Shown: piece after piece, positions 27,801-40,561 of the stretch
Layout of the letters: every line of letters begins with the position of its first letter
Position numbering within the stretch: the stretch's first letter is position 1
Assembly: GCA_016748015.1 (NCBI GenBank)
Contig: JAAOMT010000436.1
Span: forward strand, 816,033-880,032
Direction of reading: 5' to 3'
Length of the DNA: 64,000 nucleotides
Source of the DNA: Geosiphon pyriformis uo1
Lineage: Eukaryota; Fungi; Glomeromycota
The notes under the pieces: model-generated
Seen by the model: only the letters and a program-made list of their open reading frames with translations
Database searches by the model: none
Told to the model about the DNA's origin: nothing
Made by a program: the position numbers and the translations under genes

Positions 27801-29665
27801 AATGTCTGTTTTAAATAATTGAGAATAATAGCTATTTTGCTGAACGAGGATTTGTATGAAGAAATTCTTATGCTTCAATCAGGAAGGATACAGAAAGGCC
27901 TTGTTTTATCTGGGTCATTCGATTGATCTATATATAAAGATTATAAAAAAGTCTTAGAGATATTCATCGAAAGTTAGCCAAAGGAAATTCATTTCTATAC
28001 CGAGTCCAGCATGTTTCACAGTTCCAAAGGGTAAAATCCCTTCAGAAACTGGATCCCAAGCAACCATTTCTCCATCAATGATAACACTTTTCATACAATT
28101 GTGTGAATAATAGGAATTTTGAAAAGGATTAATATTCCTGCTTTCTTTCACATGGAAGCAATAACAATAAATCATGATATTACCTTCGAACTCTTGGGTC
28201 AAAGCAATCATAAATAAAAGGAGTCAGAGTGCCTTGCTCTTTATTGGCTCCATACATCCTTGTATATTCCGTAGCTTTCCTATTACAAGTATCCAAAATA
28301 TAAGATTTAACCTAAAGTTCATGTCCAACTCGAGAGCAAGTCAATACCTGGAATAATATTGAAACTCCCCATTGTTAATGTGCAGCTGCATACGTTCTCC
28401 ATCTATTTTTTGCTCCATCCAAAACTCCCCTTGCATTAACTTAATAATATCTTGTATAGGAACAGGTTTGGAGAGCATTGGTTTGACCGGCTGAAATATG
28501 GTTATTTCCTATAGAGGCGATCGGATCGATTAGAATGATATAATAGAAGATAGGTGGCTAAATTAAAGTACGAATAAGAATACTTTTGAAGCAAGTCTGG
28601 TAAGAGGATTTGCTAGTTCCGTGCAAACTTTCTCGAGACAACTGCAAACGTTAAAGAGATCCTCGGCATCTGGATGAAAAACTTGAAGTACAGATTTTTC
28701 GTTCATCCCGATTTTTAACTCTAATATTATTATCGAACAGAGTTAAGTTAAATGGATTATTACGAGTTTAGAAAAAACTTTGTATAAGAATAAAGGATCA
28801 AGCTAAAAATTCCAAACCTCTCAGAATGATTCTAATGATCCATTTTTGCTCTTCAGCAGTACAGTTAACGACAAAATAACGTATTACTTTTTGGTTTTCT
28901 TTCCTATTAGTTCAAGATCAAGTTAACCTGAGTTGGATTAATGGCGTACCCTTAATATAATACAACATACACCGATCCGGCAGAATTCAACATATCGAGC
29001 TGATGGTTAAGTTCCTGAATGGTGATTTTTCCTTCCGGAACAGTAGAACGTGGGGCAATTATTTCAAAGGCAACTGAAGCAAGATCACCGGGTCCTTTCT
29101 ATGATCAAATACAAAATTAATTGAATCAAAGTCCTATATGACTTATCAATTGAAATTCTTATTTCCCTGCATTTTCCAATTCTTAAGCCTTTGACCGGCT
29201 TCTGATTTCCTTCCTAGTCCTAGAACATCGATATACAATTTTGCCAAATTTGTTTCTTTTAATCCATAAGCTGGGCGATCTTTATCAAGCTAAAGAAAAA
29301 GAATACTGAGAACCGAGTTGCTTGATGCGAATCAAATACAAGTTACTCAAAACGGATAAATATTGGGAAAAGCAAGAGAAAGGTACATAAGGCAATATCA
29401 ATCGGATCGCCGGATAGAAATTGTTCCCATATTTTTTTCGCCATTTCTATGAATATGAAAGTAAATTTCAGAATGATTGAGATTCCAATCTGAATAAAAA
29501 TTAGATGTTCTTTCAACACACTATTAGATATTTCCCAAGACATAATTTTTTCGCATCTCCTTTCGAAACTTGAATCAGTTCCAATACATGACACAAATCC
29601 TTGAATAAAGGCAATCCGGATTGACCTGTTCCTTGGTCTGGGTACGCTTTTTCGGATGAATTCAT
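24828..29665 (-). CDS. LIG4: DNA ligase IV (NHEJ), many exons, C-terminal BRCT repeats
   Basis: [21 protein letters not shown] (adenylation motif), [46 protein letters not shown]-like C-terminus. Confidence 0.93.
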
Positions 29666-30112
29666 GACTCAGGTAAAAGTTGTTGATGGGAATTCTTCAA
29701 TGACAAAGAAGATTTACCCAATCAGATCGTCAAAAAAATTAAATATGTCATAATAAATTCTGATTAAAATAATTTTTACAATTGGGATCACGCGATCAAG
29801 AAAGTCCTTAGAATACGATATGCTCAAATGCTTGGTAACACCGCTCTTAGAGTTTATTTTTAATTCATCATTATGTTTTTATGATTATTTCGAAGCCGCA
29901 AATATTTATTTTGTTATACAAACCCAAATAAAGTTAAATTTCCAGGTATAAACACTTTTAACAGGTGAATGAGGTTTATTTGCCACCCAATCTTTAACCA
30001 TTGTTCAAAATTGCGTGATAGAGCAAAAATAAATATTCTTATTTCGATAAAACAATTAAAAGCCAAATGATTTAGGAATAATGATAACTAGTTCCAGAAT
30101 AACTTTTTCTCG

Positions 30113-31883
30113 ATGGATTTTCTAGAGGTGTCTCAACCTGTTCATAATGCCGAGGAAAGTAATGCAAACGATTTAACTCATAAAAAAGTTCTTGGGGAAA
30201 GGGGACGACTGCTTGGAAGTCGCTATTCCAGCTTTGCTAGTGACGATATTTCTGTCTTAAGCCAGGACAATGAGGCATTTATTAAATGATTCACTGTAAA
30301 ACTCAATTCCAATTAATTTTCCTCAACTAAATCTCTTGAAGGTTTCGATTCTCCGTCTTTTTTTCCTACGGGCTGCTTGGACATTAATATTTTTCGTGAT
30401 ACTATTGAATTGTTACTCTATATTCTTTAAAAGAAAGGAGTATTCCGAAGGGAATCCCATGCCTCCCCCCCTTTTTAATGGCTCTCATTATTTTAGACCG
30501 ACTGTGATTTTATTATCATATGATGGTTTTCGATCCGATTATTTAGAAAGAGATCTTACACCGACAATTGCAAAATTGGGTAACTCGCATTTTTTGAAGT
30601 AGGCTATTCTATTTCCCTTTTTCCTCAATTCACAATTTTCTTTTCCTAAAAGCGAGTGAAGGTGTGAAAGCTGAATATATGATACCATGTTTTCCCTCTG
30701 TAACTTTTTCTAATCATTATACAATTGTGACTGGCCTTTATCCTGAATCCCATGGAATTGTGGGAAATGATTTTTATGACCCGCATCTCAATGATTCATT
30801 TCTATACACGAATCCGGGGAGTTTAGATAAAAAATGGTGGGGCGGAGAACCGGTAATTAATTAACCTAAGTGAAATCTTGAGCGATTTCGCATAACACTC
30901 ATTTATACTCGTTTCACTTTTCTCATAGCTTTGGGTGACCGCGGAAAAGCAAAAACAATATTCTGGAGCAATAATGTGGCCTGGATCGGAAGCTGTAATC
31001 AAAGGATATCGTCCAACTTATTTGATGCCCTACAATTCGAGTGTTACATGGGATCAGAAAGTAGAGCAAGTATTGGATTGGCTAGATCTACCCATAGAAA
31101 AGAGGCCAACATTTATTGCCATTTACGAGGAGAAATTGGATACCATCGGTCACGTCTATGGGCCAGACTCTGAAGAAGTCAATAAAACTTTGACATCTGT
31201 TGATAACATGTTGCAAACCTTAATAGATGGTTTATCTACCCGTAATTTGACTAATATTAGCAATCTCATTATCGTAAGTTAATTTAATCGTTTAAATATT
31301 TGTGTAAGTTTATCATTTTTTATGATTCTAATTGTATTTCAATTAATATGACTTTTAGACCAGTGATCATGGGATGATGCAGACTAAACCTCATATCATT
31401 TACCTTGAAAATTTTATCAACATTTCACTTATTCATCCAGTCGAAGGATTTCCTTTGGCTGGTATACGTCCGTACAATGAAGATGACATAACTGAAATAT
31501 ATTCAATATTAACACGGGCTAGTAACGAAGAAAAAAGATGGAAATGCTATCTTCGTAATCGAATTCCATGGCGCTTTCATTATCGCAATTCTGACCGAAT
31601 ATGTCCTATTTTGTGTCTTCCATCCCATGGGTGGATAATCACAACACATCGAGAGTTTAGAGCACCAAAGCCACCTCTAGGTTTACATGGATATGATAAT
31701 CTTTTACCCGAAATTAGAGCAATTTTTTTGGCACATGGTCCAACATTTCAATATTTGATCGAAACTAATCAAATTCAAAAGGAGGTTGAGGCGTTCCGTA
31801 ATGTGGAAATTTATAATATCATCACGAATATTTTAGGCTTAAAACCTGTCGCTAATAATGGGACCTTAGGGGGTGTTCTATGA
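30113..31883 (+). CDS. Type I phosphodiesterase / nucleotide pyrophosphatase (ENPP/NPP1-like), single N-terminal TM, multi-exon
   Basis: LLSYDGFRSDYL, FPSVTFSNHYTIVTGLYPESHGIVGN (catalytic Thr), DTIGHVYGP, SDHGM, GLHGYDN. First-exon donor is ambiguous. Confidence 0.92.
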
Positions 31884-32018
31884 AAATTTCAAATTTTTCT
31901 TTTTATTTGTTTGTCGTTTTATTCAGTTCGATTTTAGAGGAAATTATAATGTAATATATGTAAATTTAAACCAGACATGCCAATGAATCATCAATAAAAG
32001 ATTTTTATTTTATAATTA

Positions 32019-32605
32019 CACTCGGCGGAAAAGTCATGGGACACTACATTTTTATTATTTTGTGTTCCATGAATGATAAAAATATCTATAAAAATTTATT
32101 TATAACTATATTAGCTATCTATAAATAGTAAGGAATGTATTAAAATAACAATTATTAATCAAAACAAAGATATAATTAACAATATTTAATTCGCGTTTTT
32201 TTTATCAACATAAAATTTTTCGGGATTTTTTTGATAAACATGAATATTCAAAAATCTAAAGTTCAAAAGGAAAGACTTGGATGGCTCAAAAACATCTCAA
32301 TTTACTTTCTAAATGGCCAGCACAATCACTCACTTTGAATCCAATAGAGCATTTATGGGATTATTTACAAAAACAACTCAAAAAACGAAATCCGCGCCCC
32401 GAAAATAATCACAAATTATTCCTCGCGTTACAAGAATGGCAAGCAATTCCGCGAAATATCTATATAAATTTGGTTACTAATGTATCTAGACGTATTGAAG
32501 AATGTATTAGAAAGGAGGGTAGACCAACTAGTTATTAAGTATTAAATAAAATAAAAAGTTATTAAAGAAATAATAAAGTGTCCCATGACTTTTTTCCGCT
32601 GAGTG
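32019..32605 (+). mobile_element. Internally deleted, non-autonomous Tc1/mariner element (587 bp) with ~27-29-bp TIRs and TA target duplication
   Basis: TA|cactcggcggaaaagtcatgggacact ... agtgtcccatgacttttttccgctgagtg|TA; internal WPAQSLTLNPIEHLW is the degenerate WPxxSPDLNPIE motif. Confidence 0.92.
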
Positions 32606-32704
32606 TACAATATTATACCCGCAATAAATTGCATCGGGTTTAATTCAGATTTCATATTAGTAAAATGTAATTACGCTTGTCCATGGCCTAAACTCCCACA
32701 ATGG

Positions 32705-35700
32705 TTAATCACTTTTTCGACTATTACACTCCTGTCGTAGAAGATCTCCTAAGGCTTTGGGAATCTTCAAAACATCTCGAACTTTAGTCCCTTGGTAATT
32801 GGCGATGATGAAATCAAGTTTTTGCATTATCGATATTTGTTTCATGATCTCATTCTGCGAAATACCAAGCAAATTAGCATCCGAGCAACTGTAATAACAA
32901 AAAATCAATTGTACATTTTTTGCTTACGTGAAAAACGGCCATGAGATAAATGACTCTCTTGAACTTTGATCTAGCATCGAAAGAAAAAGGAATTATTGCG
33001 GATGCTAGCTCAGATGCCAAAAAATTTCCATTTTCCAACATATTGAGAGAATATAGTGTCATTCGATATCCTAATGGTAAGCACACAAAATGAGAGAATA
33101 CTCAATAACTTAAACCATGTTCTCTCTTTAAAGAACAAACGAGACTAAAAGTCTTACCAATGACCTGCAAGCTAAAGACCCGTATCTCCATCGCAGCCTC
33201 AACGGAAATGTCCAAGTGATCAAGCAAAATTGCCACCAGATTCAAGATATCAGTGTGTAAAGATTTTTTAGTATCCTTCACAGCATGCTGTATTGATGAC
33301 AACGACAACGAACCAGCTACCTCCATATGCCAAATCTCTTTATCGTCCAACCACCGGACACCTTTCGGAATTTGTTAATAATTGAAGCGCTAATAAACAG
33401 TAAGGCGAAATTACCAATAAATATTTAGCACTCACCTCTTCCATCCACCAAAACAATACCGGAATTTGTAGATGATTTCGTCAATTTTGCCGCCGGAGAG
33501 TGCGATTCGATCCAGTCAAAGGATATAGTTCCGAACGTCGCCTCGTAATATTTAAACAGGGGAGAGATGTGGTGCACGATATATCTTCGCTCTCCAATTT
33601 TTCTTGGCATGTTGGGAAAGGTTTCCACCATGTTATAACTGGAACCAAGAAGTTAAATCTCTGGTTATCTAATGAGCAACACTCCTCCCGCTTCCCCCTT
33701 CCCCGAAAAAAAAAACTCACAAATCCATCAATACTTTTTCGCAGTATAGTCGGAATCTGTTTTCTTCGTCCCCTTCGATTTTTCGCATGATTTCTGCCTT
33801 GAAATCGCTTTCGGATTTCTGTAAACAGAGCAGCAAATACGTCAAAAATCTGTCCCATTCCAAATATGTCAAAGAGAACTAACCATCAAAGCGTTATCAA
33901 GATATATCTCTACAGACTTGGTCCAGACAGGAGGCATTTGTTGGCGCCCCAGAGCTTGGTTATATCTCAAAGACTGTCCCATCGTATCGAGATAACTAAT
34001 ATATTGATGGTAAATTAATCAATTTAAATTGCAAGTTTACTGTGGATATATGCGTACTGAATAACGTCTTCATTGTCCATTTGTCGCTTATTGGGAGTGC
34101 AAAGAAAGGCGTCCCTTTCCCCAAACCTGACGGATGGTGTTTTTGATCCTTCACCAAACGTCTGTTCTGGAGTTGACTGTGCGGCTTGTTCACGGGAATT
34201 TTGTAGCGGAGTCCACCCCGTTGTTTCATTTACTTCTTTTTTTCCAAAGACATCATTAATACGCCGCTTGGTTGGTGTCACAATAGGAATATCTATAAAA
34301 AAAATAAGATTGCTCATATAATCATGTGTAAAGTGCAAGTCAGAGAGGGATAAAAGGGAAATACCTTCGTCATCTGAGTACTGTGTGTCATTTTTGATCT
34401 TAATAAAGATAAAAACCGATATGTGATTGGATGGTGATATTATTCATATAGATACCTGCAACCGATTTGATTTTTCAAGTCCCAACCTCGCACGATTTTG
34501 ACTAATTTTGAGTTCAGCTGCATTCCAGAGGTTATCGAGTTTACTTCCCAACTGGCGGCGTTTAGACTTTTATGAAGAACAAAGAAAGGGTAAAGGTGAG
34601 AGTTTGAATCATATCCCTCTGGTGTCAGCAAACAGGTGACAGCATTCGACATGATGAGGGTGAAGAGTTTGAATCATATGCCACTGGTGTCAGCAAACAG
34701 GTGACAGCATCCGACATGATGACTCCCACAAGTGGATAAATCATGTCCCTGGTGTCAGCAAACAGGTGACAGCATTCGACATGATGAGGGTGAAGAGTTT
34801 GAATCATATGCCACTGGTGTCAGCAAACAGGTGACAGCATCCGACATGATGACTCCCACAAGTGGATAAATCATGTCCCTGGTGTCAGCAAACAGGTGAC
34901 AGCATTCGACATGATGAGGGTGAAGAGTTTGAATCATATGCCACTGGTGTCAGCAAACAGGTGACAGCATCCGACATGATGACTCCCACAAGTGGATAAA
35001 TCATGTCCNNNNNNNNNNNNNNNNNNNNNNNNNNNNNNNNNNNNNNNNNNNNNNNNNNGTCAGCAAACAGGTGACAGCATCCGACATGATGACTCCCACA
35101 AGTGGATAAATCATGTCCCTGGTGTCAGCAAACAGGTGACAGCATCCGACATGATGACTCCCACAAGTGGATAAATCATGTCCCTGGTGTCAGCAAACAG
35201 GTGACAGCATTCGACACGATGAGGGTGAAGAGTTTGAATCATATGCCACTGGTGTCAGCAAACAGGTGACAGCATCCGACATGATGACTCCCACAAGTGG
35301 ATAAATCATGTCCCTGGTGTCAGCAAACAGGTGACAGCATTCGACATGATGAGGGTGAAGAGTTTGAATCATATGCCACTGGTGTCAGCAAACAGGTGAC
35401 AGCATCCGACATGATGACTCCCACAAGTGGATAAATCATGTCCCTGGTGTCAGCAAACAGGTGACAGCATTCGACATGATGAGGGTGAAGAGTTTGAAAC
35501 TTATCTTGTTAGAGTTTTCCCTCACAAAAATGTACTCGCCTTGTCCATCAAGAGATCTAAAGCCTTTGTTTTCTTTGCATCATCGTGACATTTTAGCAGA
35601 CTCTGGAGGCTCTTGTTCAAAGAATCGTTTGCTTTGCGATACCGCAACTTCTTCGGATCGTCTTCGTATCGCTCTATCCATCTTTCGTGGAAATCTTGAA

Positions 35701-35755
35701 TACTCCAGTCACTAAGAGTGTCATTTTCGAAATAACTGTCCCATGCGATATCCAT
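32705..35755 (-). CDS. Multi-exon hypothetical protein with C-terminal restriction-endonuclease-like (PD-(D/E)xK, Crinkler-REase-style) domain
   Basis: Exons splice in frame: MDIAWDSYF..LLMDK | SKRRQLGSKLDNLW..RLQ | IKNDTQYSDDE | ... GERRYIVHHISPLF..GIVLVDGRG..KEIWHMEVAG..KDTKKSL. Fold assignment is from motif pattern only. Confidence 0.6.
34619..35498. repeat. Intronic tandem array: 39-bp core alternating with two 26-bp segments (65-bp unit, 130-bp higher-order repeat), at least 13 cores, with an N gap at 35009-35058
   Basis: Core ctggtgtcagcaaacaggtgacagcatYcgacatgatga; A=gggtgaagagtttgaatcatatgcca; B=ctcccacaagtggataaatcatgtcc. Confidence 0.97.
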
Positions 35756-38484
35756 TGGAAAAAAAAGACAACTCGCGTCGCGTCAGGATGGGGAAATTAA
35801 AATTGATCATCCATTTAATATATATATTTTTAGGGTTACATTTCAACCCCCCAGGCCTATTGTTTAGAAGAGAGGAGTATTAATCATGAGTTTGTCGGTG
35901 CATAACAGTAAATCTGTTAATGCAAAACATAATAAATCAAAATGGAAAAATAAAAATAAAAGTTACATATATTGTTGTTTTAACCAATAAAGTAAGCTTT
36001 ACCCATTGATAGCTCATTTTATAATCTATCAATTAAATTCTTATAGATTTTATTTTAGTAAGTAAAAAAAATAGCAAATATGTAATTTTCCATTTTTAAT
36101 ATATACATTTTGCAATTAAAACAATACTATTGCAAAAAAAATAAGCATAATAAGCAAAATTATAATATTACATAATTATATATTTTATTTATTTAAATAT
36201 TTCAACAAAATATAATTTAAATAAAAAAAAAACTTTTTCTTTTTTATATTTTTATAATTATAACTAAAACAAAAAATTAAAAAAAGCAATTTTTACTTTT
36301 TTATTGTTTTTAATTTAAAAATTCTTTTTAACAATAAAAACAATTAAGTAGTGCTTTATAAACTATTTTTTTAAGTAACATAAAAATAAAACATTTTTAA
36401 CTATTAAAAAACACTTTTTTTGTTTTTAATTAAAAGTATTTTTTTTAAGATTTTTAATTAAATAACATTATAACAAAAAGAAATTAGATAATAAACTAAT
36501 TATTTTTAATTAAAAAAAACATAATATAAAATGTTAATAATACCTATTTTAAAAAAACTTAAATAATAAAAAAACTTAAAATATTAATAATAAATATATA
36601 AAAAATTATTAAAGTAATATAACTCAAAATATTAATAATAAATATATAAAAAATATAACCTAAAATATTAATAAATAAATATTAATAACAAATATTTAAA
36701 GCATAAAAAAAAATTTTAAAAAAATTAATTATTTATTATAAAACTATAACAAAAAGTTAATTTAATATAAAATTAATATTTTTTTAAATTAACAAAAAGT
36801 ATATATATATAATTATATTATATTAAAATTATTTAAATATATTAATTAATTATATATTTTAAATTAATTAATTTAATTGTAAACTTACTTGGTATATTGT
36901 TTTTTTAAGAGCTAATAATTTAGATAATTAAATTTAGAATTTTGCTTACATATTAATATTTTTTTTATTGCAAATTTAACGAGTACAGTCCAACCATTAC
37001 CTAAATACATAAAATCAAACAAAATTTCAATTTAGATATGGCTCATGCATTTTCTACACATGACTAAACACTTGGCCCAATCAAGACAGCACTATACACA
37101 TTGTTACTGGAAAATTTTTACACTTTTCAATGCAAAAATTACAACACATACAATGAAAATTAACATTAAAATCACATAAAAAAGACCTATATTATCACAC
37201 TTAATCAACAAAATCAGCTGGAAATTTGAGAATAAATGATCAACAATCAATCCAATTACAACAAAGAAATATAGCACAATCCAACAATTTAACTAAGTTA
37301 AATACAAAGAAATTTTGGCAAATTAAGAAACACCAATGGAAATGAATAATTAATGTATGTAATCAGATAACAACAGATTTTGTTATGCTCCAAAATTCTC
37401 ATATGCCCTTATTGAAACAATCTAACATTTCAGATCTGCAATTAATAGTTAAAAGTAGTTACCAAAAAATGTAATCAATTGATCTACTTCTGATTATGTT
37501 GATCATAATCACAATTGGTATTATTAATTTACAATCAATGTTCTAGATTCAGCCATCTAAATTTGATCATCTAAATTACTAGCTCTTGGATGAATAACAG
37601 GCCGAGTAAGCTCATCATAAATTGATTAATTAAATGTATATAAATAATTGATGTATTTTAAATAGTTCTAATATAATATGTAGATCTGATGTAATTTAGC
37701 TATATATATAGCCCCTCTGTCAGCTCAGGAAAGTATCAGTTCAATACTGAGCCAAATCTTTGCTATAGTTTTATAGTGAGCAGTTAGCTCTTTTCTTTAT
37801 CTTTTACTCTTTCTTTCTCTCTTCTTATATTCTAAATACTTGTTATTACAATTTCAAGTATGCCTTCTCATATTTTTTATCACCATTTGGAATCATATTG
37901 TTTATAATCTTTTACCTACTTGTTATCACTATTTCAAGTTGTTCTATTACTTCTGATTTTTTAAATTATGTGTTATTACTATTTTATATTAAGTCTTGTT
38001 TTACCGAATAAGTTGTTAAATCTAAAAATAAGTAATAAAGTATTATATTGTTAGAGAGTGGTTTCAACAATAAAAAGTTTAAGCAAAATCTATTTCAGTT
38101 ATGTTTGACTTTCATAATTCCTTTTATAATTCCTATAACTTTGTTTTCAAAGTGGGCATTTGAACACTACACCCTTTCAATAACTAATTGAAAAAATTCT
38201 GGTTATGATTTTCTTAAGTAGTTTTGGTTTCTTCTTGTTGCTGGTTGTACTTCTGATACATATAAAAAGATATGACTTTTTTTTTCCCTTTTTCTAATAC
38301 CTAAGACTGGTTTTTGCCCAAAAACAAATAATAATGACAATACTTTCTTTCACTTTTAATGACCTTATTATGTACCCCTTTTGCTTTCTTACTGAAATAG
38401 TCCATACACCCATAATATGTTATAGCAGTAGCATAATCATAGTAATGTGTGTTCCAAGTGAAAGTTATTGTCATTGCTAAAAAA

Positions 38485-40310
38485 TTACAAATCTGTAACT
38501 TTCATCTGATAACAACATACAGAATCTGTTAAAGGAATACTATCTAAGAAACCAAAACCTAAACTAGCAAGGCAAGAATACAGGCCAAAGCACAAATAAA
38601 CACCCAACCTGAAACCAAACTCGCAGATAGTACCAGCAGCCCATAAGCTCGATAAACTATCAACTGATGGCACAACAGATCCATCCCATGGCAAAAGGTT
38701 GCACTTTTCATAGAAGGCTCTCAGTTTAGTAACAGGCAGCCAAATATTCGATCTATGACTCTCAGCAATATTACAGACCAACTTGACAATTAAGCTACTG
38801 TCAGAAGTCAAACCAAGGCACAAAACAGCATCTGACAGCCAACTTTTCAGCACAAACCCCTTGGCCAACAACATATAAAGACTGCCAAAAGACTTAGCTT
38901 CACTTAAAAATTACATCACCCCACTACCCAAAGTGGAATTACCAGCTATCTTATACCACTCTATACCAATGTTTGACAGTATATCCAGCCTGGCTATGTC
39001 ATCATGCTTACACAAAAATGAGTGATTAGATTTCTCAACCATTTCACACTTAATGCACACTACACTAGGATATTTAAGATCATACAATCTTTTTCTTATG
39101 GCAACTGGCAGACAATAATACAAGGACTTTATTAGGTAAAACCATAGAGAAGCAGAAAATGAGCTGGTATAACCAGAGCAAATTCCACCATCAGGGTGCC
39201 AAACACTAAAGAACTTGAATGAGTTGACATTGCTAGCAAAATTAACATCTACAATACTGGTTCTAAATTTGGACTCTTAACTGACAAAATTGATGACATC
39301 AAACAATTTCCTAACAAAATGACGCACATTCTCAGAAACAGGCCTGTCCTCAATACTAAGGAAGTGATATGGCACACTCAGAAGCAAAACAAACTTAGAC
39401 AAAGTCGCCACATTCACAAAAAAATCTGCACACTTATTCTCAATAACACCTGAATGTCTTTTGACTTTTCTCCATGTGACTGCTAAATTCTTATTTGAAA
39501 TAACATGATGAATATGCTTTTTCTCAATCCAGCATTTGCGTCGAAAATTAGAATCACAACTACCCATATTGAACTTGCATATATCCAACAATGCCTGACT
39601 GTCTATAAACAAGGTAACAGTACTAGATTTAGGAACACACACTAATGCTAAAGCAATGGCTTGCAACTCCACCAGTATAGAGAACAGCAATCCAAGCACT
39701 CTTATACTAACACTAACATTAGCTTTCAGAAAATAAGCTGCAGCACCACTGCAGGCACTAATAGACCCCAAACCCTTGACAGAACCATTCATGTAAACAT
39801 CAATGAAACCATGCCTAGTGGCAAGCAACTGCTCAGACACAAAACCAGTATTCCAAACAACATTGACAAGAGCAGGACAAAATGCCACAACCTCATCATT
39901 GCTCAAACCACCAAACTTAACAAAATTGGAAACTGACACAAACCAAACAGGAATTGAACCTCTGGAATCAAGTCTTTTCTACCTATGAAAAGTGTTCTAA
40001 GTGAAACACATGCCATGACGATCTAACAGTTGGTTAGCAAAAATGAGACCATATCTCTTAAGAGAATTTCTCACAATCAGATAACCACTCATACTTAATA
40101 CGTCCAGAATTAGCACACCAGACCCAGCTCTAAAAATGTTAGGGAGGGCACCACCCAAGAAAGTGTTGCATAAAGCAAGAACATATATAACACCAGCTAA
40201 AAAACAATTCAAAGGATTAATAGACAGCATGACCGGAAAATGGAGAGGGTGCTGGGGCATCTAGCTGGCTGCCTGTAAGTCCATTGTCTTGTGGTCAAAA
40301 AACCTGCCAA
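38485..40310 (-). mobile_element. 3' part of a non-LTR (LINE) retrotransposon ORF2 with RNase H and C-terminal zinc finger, interrupted by E1
   Basis: IDVYMNGS..ELQAIALAL..FIDSQ..KVKRHSGVIENKCAD (RNase H); CIKCEMVEKSNHSFLC; broken by stops. Confidence 0.8.
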
Positions 40311-40380
40311 TGTTACTCATAAAAGAAAAATAAGTATGAAAAATAGCAGACCAATAAGAAAATAGTATTTAGCATGTAAG

Positions 40381-40561
40381 CACATTGTTCAGCAATGTGG
40401 AACAATATCAGAAATCATGACACATTGCTCAGCAATGTGGAGTAATGTCAGAAAACATGGCACATTGCTCAGCAATGTAGAGCAATGTTAGAAAAGTAGA
40501 GCACATTGCTCAACAATGTGAGCATTGCTTAAGAAATCATAGCATATTGCTCAGAAATGTG
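40381..40561. promoter_or_regulatory. Five copies of the palindrome CACATTGCT-C-AGCAATGTG at 40-41-bp spacing in the E1 LTR, upstream of a TATA-like box (~40588)
   Basis: Copies at 40381, 40421, 40461, 40502, 40543; regulatory role inferred from position. Confidence 0.6.

Noticed and set aside
34658-34683. Segment A resembles the bacterial 16S rRNA 5' end (TGAAGAGTTTGA...TCAT)
   Set aside because: Only a 12-nt exact match, and the motif is better explained as duplicated local intron sequence; treated as chance.
34440-35372. Repeated 60-aa ORFs (MIQTLHPHHVECC...)
   Set aside because: Translation artefacts of the 130-bp repeat inside an intron.
34619-35498. CRISPR array
   Set aside because: Only two alternating 'spacers' rather than unique ones, located in a spliceosomal intron, and no cas genes in the window.
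36980-38460. Possible solo LTR or other repeat (TATA-like tatatatatagccc near 37701, CpG-depleted)
   Set aside because: Could not define termini, TSD or a second copy in this window.
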